Shown one piece after another: positions 40,331 to 51,255 of a DNA stretch of 64,000 bases. This DNA is from Eukaryota sp. GEM-RC1 (Eukaryota): assembly GCA_040285855.1 (NCBI GenBank), contig JAUFOQ010000002.1, positions 62,001-126,000 on the forward strand. Direction: 5' to 3'. The translations under genes were made by a program, and so were the position numbers. The notes beneath the pieces are model-generated. The model was given only the letters and a program-made list of their open reading frames with translations, was not told the DNA's origin and ran no database searches. Each line of letters begins with the position of its first letter. Position 1 is the first letter of the stretch.

Positions 40331-40642
40331 ATGGTCTCCCCACCAAATCTTGGGTCATTTTTTGACTTAGTTGATATTACTGATCCTAAATGTTCCCCCA
40401 ATGGACAACATCGTCAAATTGCCGCAGCAAATGCCTTCATCATCAACTCCGTACGAACATCATGTGGTCTTGATTTACAACACCAGATCGATTCTTCTTT
40501 CTCATGTGTTATCTCTCATTTTCATCGTAAGTTTTTGTCCTTGAAAGAAAAGAAATCATTAAATCATGCCATGAAGACTTACGACCTTGTACAAAACTCT
40601 GTTCGGTCCACAATTCCTTTATATAGCAGACGTTTATTGTGA
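40331..40642 (+). CDS. Hypothetical small protein (3' extent uncertain)
   Basis: ATG 39 nt from the divergent NXF1-like start; ~103-aa ORF; no recognisable motif. Confidence 0.35.
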   Translation: MVSPPNLGSFFDLVDITDPKCSPNGQHRQIAAANAFIINSVRTSCGLDLQHQIDSSFSCVISHFHRKFLSLKEKKSLNHAMKTYDLVQNSVRSTIPLYSRRLL

Positions 40643-41209
40643 CTTCACTGACTGTTGTGGTGGTATTTCTATTTTGGGATAATGTTAAGGAACATGATTG
40701 AACAATTAGGTCAATTATATCACCTCATAGTCGACTCTGTCTGATTGGACCTTCTATTTTCGTAATTCCTTTCAAAATTTCTGAAATTGTATTCAAATAT
40801 GATGGCCAGAAGTCTCTTTTATTCTTTAATGATCACGTGAGGTGTGTCACCATGCAAAAGAATGGTTTTCTTTAGTGTCAAAAGCCAATCTAAAAATGGC
40901 ACTTTGCTGCTTTTCACATTTCGGGTTGACTTCTCCTTAGTGTCTTAGTTTCTGGAAATGTTTAATTGTCTTTGTTATTGCTTTAGCCACCATTATTTTA
41001 CTTAACAAATTGAAACATAATACATACATAGTAACAAATGTATATAGAGATCTATGTACAGTACTACTAAATATCAAAATTATACATACGTTGTTACTTT
41101 AATCTTCAAGTTATTATCGAATAGTTCTATTCTACAACTCTGTTTTATTCGCAAACCTCAAGCCGGAAAACACTTTCTGTTTTAGTTTCATTTGGTGGTG
41201 TATCAATGA

Positions 41210-41640
41210 TGCACATGTAGAATACTTTCTTTCTTTTAGAAGTAAGGTTCATGATTCAGTAAGGGATCAATTATATTGTATCTGTAAATCATGTGAAATA
41301 ATTTCCTTTTGGAACCAGTTCTGGCTGGTTTGTCTGATGATACGATGTTGACAAATCTGTTGGATATAACCGTGGATGGAACTTTCCCTATTCCTGATAT
41401 GATGTCGATCGATGTCTGCAATGATCTCAACCAAAAACTTGCTAAATATATTCAGGACTTGGAACAATTGCATAAATTGCCCGGATTCATTCTTTATATA
41501 AAACATATAACCTAGACTCATTTCTTCTACTTCTCCCTACATTCTATCTCATCTAATGGGAGGTTCCAAGTAGGCAATTTTGTCTTTGATGATATTGATT
41601 ATCAGATGTATATACACTGTAGTGTTCTTGTCAATTTGTG
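41210..41640 (+). mobile_element. Relic of a second, diverged RLE-type non-LTR retrotransposon family (C-terminal part)
   Basis: Translates (one frameshift) as RSKVHDSVRDQLYCICKSCEIISF-LEPVLAGLSDD...MMSIDVCN, collinear with RAVIHDGVRDSCYSMF..HGFHSKVEPVLNHLSD...FTTVDVCN of the 19.8-22.9 kb element. Boundaries approximate. Confidence 0.65.
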
Positions 41641-43112
41641 GAAAATTTTGCTACGGTAGTAAAATCAACAGTTGTTTTTTCATTTTCCTTCCGATGTTCA
41701 AAACTAAGAATTAATTTAATTTGTGATTTCTGAACGAAACTATTACATAAAGAAGATTCTTTTCTTTCTGAATTAGGCAAACGACATTTTGAGGGCATTG
41801 TCTTTTCAAAGTGTAGTTTTTCTATGTGTTGTACTATTATTATAGCAAAGTCTTATAAGTATAGAGAACAAAAATAGAAGCTATAATGAAAGACTACTAG
41901 TACATCTACAATAATGATTCTGGTTTCTGGTCTAAAAGTACAACACGTCCTAAGTCAATTTGTGTGGACATCTATGGAGTTTAAAATGATTTTTTACATT
42001 TTCAAAATTGGCAGATGTGAACCAATTGTTGTAAGAAAATTACCTTTGAAGAAGGTGAACGACAGTTTATAGTATGCATAGTACTTGGAAGATACCAAAT
42101 TCTCTACATCTACTTTTGAAGGCAAGAAACAATTTGTCCAATGCACGATTCATATACTACGGAAAACTTGTATACAATGAAAATACAATGCGAATGCGCT
42201 AGAAACTACGATCATCAAAAAAACTGACTCAAATTTTTCCTTTGGTCACAGTACAATTTTGAAAAGGCAACAAAGAAATTTTCGGTAGCACTTCCAATAT
42301 TGTCAAGAATATAAATATCATAAAGAATGAATTTAAAGGAAGTATACTTATAGGATTAGGTTTTTTATTGTGTCAGAATAATATATTGTTATCAGAAATT
42401 CTCTAACTCTTTGTTTCATCAAAAAAATTCAATCTCTACATCCATTGATGGTACAGTACCACGATTGTGTTTGACGACAATTGACGTACATCCAGCACGT
42501 TTGCCAAAGCGATAGACTGAAACAAATTTGAATCTACAAAGTAAAAATAATGAAAAAAGCGACAAATTTATTGAATGTCATTTCACTGGGACTTGGTGAT
42601 AGCACGGAACAGCATTTTTTTGTATCCCTACTATTTTGGACGACCTTCTCTTTTGATCTTACAATCAGCTCATTATTTTCAAAGGTACTAAGTAAGTAAT
42701 AAAACTTAGTACGAAATCATCATTGTCAGGAACTGTCTTATAACTACCGAAATCTCTGATAAATAAAAACGTTTGAGGGGGAGTCTTGTACTGTACTTCA
42801 ACGAAAGAAGAAACAGTATTGTTTAAATGTTTCAGAAGACTTCTTAGCTTAAGTACTGCTACGGACATCTACACTGTAGAGTTAACTCTTTCAAAAATTA
42901 TAAATGTATACGACAATTCCAAAATACACACAAAATGTTGAATTTGATAAGACAAATTATAAAATTGTGCTATTTTCATCTTTTCCAGTCAAATCTAAGT
43001 ACATGAGACGATTATCAAATCAGATTGGAGAAGCAGAATGAGAACATATTAACTAACAAAACCCAATGACTCAAAATCAAAGAGGATCTTGATTTCTCCT
43101 ATTTTACTAGAA

Positions 43113-43982
43113 ATGTATCTTCTTATAGAACTTGGAGGCACTACAACTGTAATAGGATTCTCTTCAACTCTTGTTATTGACCATACTACTCAGATTGCTG
43201 ATATCCATGAGTTTCCTACAAACACACCTTTAGATGTTTTCAATACCATCAAATCTCTTTGCGTTAACAAAGAGATCGAAGCAATTAGTGTCGCAGCCTT
43301 TGGACCTGTTATAATAGACAGAAAATCCCCTGATTTTGGACTTATCACAACCACCCCAAAGACTAAGTGGAGAAATTGTTCCATTGTTGATCATCTCAGA
43401 TCTATTTCATCCAACATTTTCATTGACACTGATGTAAACTCGGCAGCAGCAGCCGAACTACATGGTAGACTTTCAAGAGGAATTTCCATATCGGATTTGA
43501 AATATATCACAGTAGGGACTGGAATTGGAGTTGGATCTTTTGTAAGTAATAGTCCTAGTCGTGCAACTGAAGGAGGACATATTCATGTTGAACAGTTTCC
43601 AGATGATTTGGCTAATGGTTTTGTTGGAGTGTGTCCATTTCACAGAGGTTGCGTAGAGGGTATGGCGAATGCTGAGGCTCTGGCTACCAGAGCTAATTGT
43701 TCTGTCATGGAGTTACCACAGCTTGATGATGATAACCTCTGTTTTGAGGCATTTGCTCATTATTTGGCTCATCTTTGTGTTTCTATTACACTATTATCAC
43801 GACCAGATACCATAGTTCTCTCAGGAGGTGTATTTAAAAGACAGTCTCTGCACAACAAAGTTTGTTCAAAGTTTGATTCAATTATTAATGAATATATTGA
43901 TGTGAAGGGCAGCGAAGTGTTAGAGAAACCTGTTTTTGATAGATCTGGGTTGGTGGGTGCCCTTGCTATTATCACCATTTAG
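43113..43982 (+). CDS. ROK-family sugar kinase, fructokinase type
   Basis: IELGGTT, FGPV...FGLITTTPK..W, DTDVNSAAAAE, YITVGTGIGVG, EGGH, Zn-binding CPFHRGCVEG, IVLSGGV. Confidence 0.92.
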   Translation: MYLLIELGGTTTVIGFSSTLVIDHTTQIADIHEFPTNTPLDVFNTIKSLCVNKEIEAISVAAFGPVIIDRKSPDFGLITTTPKTKWRNCSIVDHLRSISSNIFIDTDVNSAAAAELHGRLSRGISISDLKYITVGTGIGVGSFVSNSPSRATEGGHIHVEQFPDDLANGFVGVCPFHRGCVEGMANAEALATRANCSVMELPQLDDDNLCFEAFAHYLAHLCVSITLLSRPDTIVLSGGVFKRQSLHNKVCSKFDSIINEYIDVKGSEVLEKPVFDRSGLVGALAIITI

Positions 43983-44348
43983 AATACATGTACTGTACAT
44001 GTAGTTTGTTCATCAACATCATACGCTAGATCTAGGAGTGTATAGAAAAAAAACGGATTTATGTGCGGAGAAAAACACATAATAAGTTAAGTACAAATAG
44101 ATAAACACTATTAAAACAAATAGTGTATAGTATATGTCATTTATTTTGATTTTTGTATAGTAACCAATACAGGATCATTGGCATACTGACTACTAGTAGG
44201 TCTACTGTACTGCAGATTTATATCTCAAACCAAAGTAGAATTCTACCAGTGTTTAACATTCAATTTTTAGGAACGCTAGAATGAAGAAGCTAGTCTGATA
44301 AGAATATGTATATGATAGAACTGTTATAATTCTACATATCTTTTCAGA

Positions 44349-44501
44349 TTTGGTGTGAAAGTTAATGTTGAAAAAATGCAGTCTATTACCAGAAAGGGAT
44401 GAAGTCGTTTGGATTTAGTTCTTCAGTACAGTGTAGTATTATTTGATTGCTTTTACAAATTCATACTTGCTTAGGAGGGTACCTTTTGGGTACCGAATAA
44501 A
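44349..44501 (+). mobile_element. Short 3'-terminal fragment of the non-LTR retrotransposon
   Basis: tttggtgtgaaagttaatgttgaaaaa...gatgaagtcgtttggattt...ccgaataaa matches the 3' ends of the copies at 19805-19955 (minus) and 63147-63288. Confidence 0.85.
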
Positions 44502-45134
44502 GTTTGTTCCGCTGAACTCCAGCTAATTTGTTTATATATATTAGAACAATGCTGAATACAAATCAATAACACCAGAGTAGTAAATCAATAAACCAACAGC
44601 CACTGGAAATGCCTCATTAGTGACATCACAGCTATTTCCCTTTTTTTGACGATCATTGATATAATATACTTCTAAATCGATTGGAAAACAACTAACAAAA
44701 TGAACGTTCAATTGATAAGCTCGATCTCTTATTATTAGATTTACACGTTGTAGTAGATACTGTACAGGCTTTATCAAGTAAAAATTCAGGCATCGTTTCA
44801 TCATTACTATCAAATACTTCGAATACAAATTTTGATTGCACACAGCATCGATTTTGCCGTTTTAACTTGTTTCCAATTAAAAGGTATTCCCTTAGTTTGT
44901 GGATTCAAATACACGTAACTAACAGCCTTGTCACAAAAGTCCACTGAAAAATCATTCATATCGTGTTGGTTTCATCATTGGTTCCATAATGATAACATTA
45001 TCGATTCAGAACAAAATGAATGTGGAAATCTTTTATTAAGAAACTAATCATAGATGTTGACACATGGTATATTCAAAAGATTGAAGAAGGGCTAGCGGGA
45101 ATGCAACGGAAGACACGAAAAGGAGATATATTGA

Positions 45135-45483
45135 TTATTGGTTACCAGTTCTGTGGGGGTACATCATAATTCTCAGAGGAGCACCAATGGCACGAGCTGG
45201 AAGATTCTTGCGGAAACGACAGCGAACTACTCCAGAATTGCCATGAGGTCTGACAACCTTACCCCAAATGATGCGGGTTTGACCCTTCTGTTTGTTCTTT
45301 GCGTTGTAGATGTAGGCAACGCGTTTACCTTCGTACCATCTGGCGTCATCAGTTGTGTTAACACCATCGATCTTAACAAGACTGACAGACTCATCCTGAC
45401 TTCCGAGATTGCGCTTAAAACCAAGGAATAAAGCTTTAGAGTAGAGACTAAAGTCAGAAAAAATAAGGAACGTACCGAGACAT
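45135..45483 (-). CDS. RPL35A: 60S ribosomal protein eL33 (L35a), two exons
   Basis: ATG at 45483; removing the intron at 45448-45475 gives MSRLYSKALFLGFKR...GKRVAYIY...IWGKVVRPHGNSGVVR..FRKNLP..AIG..LRIMMYP. Confidence 0.96.
45448..45475 (-). other. 28-nt spliceosomal intron in RPL35A
   Basis: GTACGTTCCTTATTTTTTCTGACTTTAG; removal restores the conserved N-terminus. Confidence 0.92.
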
Positions 45484-45552
45484 TGGACAACGAGAAAAAA
45501 AGGCCTCGAAGACAAGAAGAATTTCTCCCATCCACAATCCAACACAACTCAG

Positions 45553-47148
45553 ATGCATCCAAATGTGCGCAGTGTGTTATTCCTCTTTTGTTCCTGATGG
45601 CGTTGATGTTTCAAATGGGAAATCTCAGACCTCATCATGTGGACACTTTGTTTTCCTACAAATTTCGCCACAATATTGCAAAAGCTTCTTCTCATGAAAT
45701 CATTCCCAATGCTGTAGTATCTGCCACTGTTTACAAGAATGAGACTCTACTTGAAGATGCAAATCAACTGGTCAGTAGTTTTATGTATATGTCAGATCTT
45801 GCTTCTCTTATTAGAGCTTCATCAAATCCATGGGCTTTTAAGGACACTGTTGACACTGTTTTTGCAGCTCTATCTACTGATGAAGGTTTTGCATCTCATC
45901 CTGAAGGCCAAACTTCTCCCTTGGCAACTGTTGACGCCCTTAGAATTCAGAATCGACTCGGACTTGCATTCCCCGAAGATCGCCTGAAGACTATGGCCGA
46001 TTTCTTGTCTAAAACTGTCAAGAATGAAAATGCTACCGTAATCGACTATTTGGCCACATCCGCTGCTCGCCGATTCCTGTCTCCTCACCTCCAAAACGAT
46101 GATTTCCGTAATGCCATTACCGAGCTTCCTCAGATCATTCGAAGCTATTTACTTCCTGATTATCTCATCGCCCTGGATATCGACAGAGTCCTCACCTCCC
46201 TCCTTTGTTTTGAAGCTCTTAAGTACGGGTCTATCTTGGCTAAACCTGAGGATCAGATGTTCATTGCCCATGTCCTCCGTAAGATGGAGAAGTCTCTTGT
46301 CCACGCAGTCACATTCACCAAGATCTCAGCTGAATCTGCTGCCCAGTTCACCCTCGCAGCTAAAGAGGGCATCATTGACAACATGGTCTATCGTAGAAGT
46401 GGATACCCTATAATCTCTATCTTCTACTCTTTGAACTTCAATCTATGTCTCTTCTTCTTCATCCTGACTGTTGCTTCCTTCACGTGGCCTTACATCAAAG
46501 CTCTCAGAGTCACCAGATGGACAGAAATGATCCTCTTAGGTTGTGGACTCTTTGCCTGCACTCCCATCCTCTCCACCACTGTTCCCTTTGGTGGTCTCCA
46601 GTGAGGCTATTGCCTTTGGAGTTATTGGTTTCTGGTCTTACAGGGCTCTCTCCAAGCTTAACACTGACTCAGCCTTGATCTCTGCCTCCTCTATTGCTGC
46701 AGTTCCTCTTCTCTTCACTGTGCTCATGTCTAGAGTTGCTCCGGTGGCTCTTGGTAGACCTACCTTCATTATTGCTTCCACCGTCCTCTCTGTAGTGGCT
46801 GTTGGTATGGTTTTGGTTTCTTCAATCTTTGTTTTCAAGCTCAAAATGACTCCTGCACAAGCAGCTGACATTTCTATTGCTGGTTGGGTATTTGGTGTTG
46901 GTGGTACCTTCTTGGTTTCTTGGATTAGACCAACCTTTTCTGTATTGGTGGTCTCTTCTTTCACGAGTGACGTTTACTCCTATGTATTTGGTACCAGTTT
47001 GATTCTGTCACTAGTGTTGTCTTTTGTTGCTGCTCTACTGATTGGACATTTCTTTGGTAGTATGGGTTCCGTTTCAGTTCAGAAGCCGAAGAAGTTGAAG
47101 AAGAATCTCAAGAAGGAACAACAAAAGGTTTTGAGGAAGAAGAAATAA
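45553..47148 (+). CDS. Uncharacterised multi-pass membrane protein (N-terminal hydrophobic segment, soluble domain, ~6-7 C-terminal TM helices, Lys-rich tail)
   Basis: ORFs 45483-46604 and 46543-47148 overlap. ATG 45553 plus one T in a T-run gives MHPNVRSVLFLFLFLMALMF. The protein ends ...VLRKKK (possible ER retrieval signal). Confidence 0.65.
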
Positions 47149-48866
47149 TTATTTGATGTTTGTTATAAAGATAAATTTCTCGATTTTGACTTCTGTAAAA
47201 TATTTTAAAATTCTTCAGACCTTGCTGAAATGCTTCTCAACATACTAACACATTGGTAATGTAAATCTATAAATAGTAAGAGTACAAGTAATACCATATA
47301 CCATCGACTCGACTTCTGAGTCATTTAAAGAACTCCATTGTACTCAGATCATCATCACGACTTCGATTTAATACTCACAAAAGTAGCTGAAAATTGTTTA
47401 ATATTGGTCTATTATCATTGGTTTTATTTGAAGTCTTTCAGCTGACTCGACTCATGAACCCGTGAAATATGAATTGACTTTCCCACTAATTATCATTTTT
47501 GTTAATAATTGATTAAGTGGGAAATGTAACCTCTTGTTCATGAATTATAGTTTTAAATAACACGGTTTATGATCAATCAGTGGAATAATTGTTTTTGCAA
47601 AATATTAAAACTAACACACATCAACAAAGGTATCTAAACTATGATCCTTCTGTCCTTCTGCGATTATGGTTTTTGAAGCTATGAACTTATTGTTGTATAG
47701 CGTAAGTATAAAGGATGTGGAATCAACATGATTGATTGTTTTACAATTGTCAACAATACAATGTGACAACAACAGAATATCTTTTCTGCTACTGCATGTT
47801 GGTTTCAAGTATCTTGTCATCAAGGAAAGGTTCAGAAGGTACTTCTGCTAAATTGAACGTCATATCGATTAATTAAGCGAACTCAATTAAATGTGACAGT
47901 CAACCCCCATTAATATTAAACTAATCTAAATGGTGAGCACGATAGACACTGTTGTAGTTCATGAATTGTATATTTCGATTGTTTGGCCATAATTTGATAT
48001 CAGTTTTAGTAGTCTGTGGATGTTTTAAAACGCCTGATATTCGTTCTATGAAACTACAACAGTAAGATGAATACAAAAACTAGTACTCAATATCATTAAA
48101 GCAACATTCATTGCCATTAATACTCACAACAGCTTTTTCTTCATCAAAAATACTGAAAACTAGTAGAGCTTATGAAATCATAATGGGAATTGTATTAAAT
48201 TTTGTAAAGACAATACGATTCAACCAAAACTTAGAATGAAATTTCTTGTTCAAACCTGATACGTCTGATATTAACAATTACAAATACAGAATTTTTATCG
48301 ATATTAACACAGGAGAAACTAATCCCCCTGCATAATGTCTCAATTCAAAGAGAAGGCTTAAAATCTGACTCGCACTACATCATATTGGTATTTGATTTTC
48401 GGTTTTGATCTATTTTTGAAAACGCATCTTGAGCATGTTTCCAAAAAATGAATTTCTAGATAGTTATCACTTTGAATTCTTCACTTTTGTGTTTTTGCTA
48501 TTTTAGAATGATCATCAAATCTACTACTACGGTACACTTGAAGACTAAGAATCAAGTGAAGCAGTGCATACTTGTTGTAATCAGTGAATTGTGGTTTTTA
48601 TTGACTTAGAAATCAAGTCAACAAAGAATTCAAAGGTCTTCTTATGTTTTGAGACAGAAAGTGTGCCGTTTCAAAGTTCATTTTTCTTGAAAACTTTTAT
48701 ATTAGTAAATACTCAAAGGAAAACTTCCAATTAAAACCTCCCGAATATCATAAAAAGATCAAAACATTTCCAAACAAATAGAAGATCTGTTGAAACTAAA
48801 AAAAGAGCAACTACAGCCCAAATAACAGATAATAATAGATAAAACTAACAATCAACACCCCGTCTT

Positions 48867-49552
48867 TCAGAGAAAACAAAGATTATCTCTAATTTCTTCA
48901 AATAAATCCGTGCACGTTCTTACACCAATAGAAACTAAACTCGACAACAAAGAACAATCAGCCTGTCCAATGAACTCAACTGATGCAACCTCTCTAGTCA
49001 CTGGAAAACAAGAGACAATGCATGAAGCTGTTGCTGATTCTTCCTCCGCTAGATTAGGATCCATTATGATTGAAGAATCCTTCGTGACTGCAATAGTACA
49101 ACTTAGAAGAGTCTCATGAAGAGAAAGATTTGCATTAGAACACGCTAAATACGCCGCAAACACAGCCAGAGATGGAATAGAACCATCGTCCTCAACAACT
49201 AGCAGATGTATTTCAATGACAGACTTTGGATACTTGTCCAGTTTGATCATTGAATGAAGAGATCCGATTAATGTTTGGCGAATAACAGAGGTCTTACTAT
49301 CGAAGGAAAACGATGGATTGTTTGAACAAGGATGTGATGTAGAAGAAAAAGATATATCAATCAGTAGTTTAGCTTTGTCATGGAACTCAGAACTTTTTGT
49401 TTGTCTAGGACCAGTAACTGAGCACAGGATCTTTGAGTTACCAGCCTCAACGTAGGCAGAGCCTGATGCATTTGTAACAACAGAATGTGAAAAGAAGGAA
49501 TTCTAAAGTCATTGGTTCGATCCTGGGATCTGGAAGGCGAGGACGTATACAT
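48867..49552 (-). CDS. RNA exosome core RNase PH-like subunit (most like Mtr3/EXOSC6 or Rrp41-like)
   Basis: With one frameshift near 49490: VVTNASGSAYVEAGNSKILCSVTGPR...LDKYPKSVIEIHLLVVEDDGS...IIMDPNLAEE. An alternative ATG lies at 49564. Confidence 0.85.
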
Positions 49553-49593
49553 CAAAGTGGTCATTGAAGGTTTGTACAAAAATCCACACTGCA

Positions 49594-50210
49594 ATGACTT
49601 CCCTTAAGCTCCTCCTTTTCACACTGCTTCTTTCCTACTCTATAGCCACTTCTTGGGTAACTTGTGGAAGTCTTGTCAAACTAAAACACAAAGGTGGGTT
49701 CTATCTACACTCTCATGATGTGAAGTATGGTTCCGGAAGTCACCAGCAATCTGTAACTTGTTTTCCTGAACCTAATGATGCAAATTCCTACTGGATAGTT
49801 GAGTCTGGTTTTGATCAAGACCCATGTAGTACTGCTTCACCACTCAAGTGCAATGCTGTTATTAGGTTACGTCATATGAACACTGGAAACTATCTTCATA
49901 GCCATCTTTTGTTTCACCACTTTCTAGTCAACAGGAAGTTTCTTGCTTTAATGGAGTGGATTCTGGAGACAACTGGATAATAGAGTGTGATGCCAAGAGT
50001 GAATTCTGGTCTCGAGAAAAGCCAATTAGACTACGTCATCAAGATACTGGATTGTGGCTTCACTCTCATGATCAAGTATACAATAATCCCATACATGGTC
50101 AAAAAGAAGTCACTTGTTTTGATAACAAGAAAGACCCAAACAATTTGTGGAAAGTTGAGGAAGGTATTTATTTTTCAGAAGAACAAACTGATTACAATGA
50201 GGAACTATAG
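49594..50210 (+). CDS. SDF2: SDF2/SDF2L1-like ER protein (three MIR domains)
   Basis: Signal peptide, VTCGSLVKLKH...LHSHDVKYGSGSHQQSVT, IRLRHMNTGNYLHSH, IRLRHQDTGLWLHSH. One frameshift in the T-run at ~49907-49910. C-terminal NEEL. Confidence 0.92.
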
Positions 50211-50329
50211 TTCTTTTATGTGTAGAATAAACCAAACTACGTGTGTGAAAGTAAAGGTCATTTGAAATACATAACCCACTGCTGACAGACAAGGAAACGT
50301 TTTTCTTTCATCTCAAATATTTTAGACAC

Positions 50330-50908
50330 ATGGCGACCCCTTTTGTTCTCATAGAAACACGACCTTCTCTATTGGACCGCTGGAATAAGCTTTCTGTCAG
50401 AACTCGTTTCAAAATAATCTCCTCTTGTACATTTGTCTTTGTTCTTTCCATCTTTCTCTACTTTACTTTTAGAGAATTTCCCCAAAATGAACGGTTCTTC
50501 ATGGAGTACACCTCAGGTGAAAAGGAACTTGATCGTTCTGTTGCGGTGGATCTTGATGCTGGATATATCTTTGAAGGCCGCTGGAACTTTCTCATTAAAG
50601 ACGAGCGACTCTATGACATATCTACTGCTCCTGATTGTCATTGGACTGATGGTGGTACTGAACGTTACTACCAGCGTTACAAAGTGCATCGTTTTGCTAG
50701 AAGAGATGGTAAGTCTGATGATAATGATTGTACCTACTACAAGTACAAGTATTTCAAGTGGTGCATGAAGCATGGGTATATCATTGAGTTTTGCCAAGAT
50801 CCTACACAGAAAGGCAAGGAGTTCAGCTGTACCCCATTTGTGAAACACTCAAAGATAAAGAAGAGATCTCCATGGTTTGACTTAGAGTCTTACAATTGTC
50901 ACGTGTAA
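50330..50908 (+). CDS. Hypothetical type II membrane protein with Cys-containing lumenal domain
   Basis: Intact 192-aa ORF; one hydrophobic helix (IISSCTFVFVLSIFLYFTF); six downstream Cys. Confidence 0.7.
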   Translation: MATPFVLIETRPSLLDRWNKLSVRTRFKIISSCTFVFVLSIFLYFTFREFPQNERFFMEYTSGEKELDRSVAVDLDAGYIFEGRWNFLIKDERLYDISTAPDCHWTDGGTERYYQRYKVHRFARRDGKSDDNDCTYYKYKYFKWCMKHGYIIEFCQDPTQKGKEFSCTPFVKHSKIKKRSPWFDLESYNCHV

Positions 50909-51220
50909 ATATTTATCTAATTTATTGTTTCTTTCTGTTAAGTTCAGGCGTAATGCATTGTAGGATTTTGTCTTCACTATAAAGTATATCTCTAATTGAA
51001 TACTGCTTTCAAATCCGGTTATTGTAATTGTTTGGTCTGTAAACAGGACACACTGTGTTAATAATAATAAACTATCCCTTAAGTGCTCATCGAAAATTGT
51101 CGCATTGGTCTCTTGTGAAGTTAGTCAGTTTTGTATATATTTAGGTTGCCTCCTCACCTCATTAATGGGAGCTAGTTGGGTTACAATATCAAGATTATCA
51201 GCTGAATGTTTGAAGATTAT

Positions 51221-51255
51221 TCAGTTCACTTCAATTCACTTCACTTCACACTCTC
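51221..51255 (+). promoter_or_regulatory. Clustered TTCA(C/A) motifs immediately upstream of the RPA1 start (possible initiator elements)
   Basis: tcagttcacttcaattcacttcacttcacactctc directly precedes ATG 51256; similar ttcac motifs precede PSMA7. Confidence 0.3.

Noticed and set aside
47150..48860. AT-rich gap (also 18700-19800, 41700-43080, 63300-64000) as ncRNA or hidden genes
   Set aside because: No tRNA/rRNA-like structure, repeats or convincing ORFs seen by eye; a covariance-model search would be needed.
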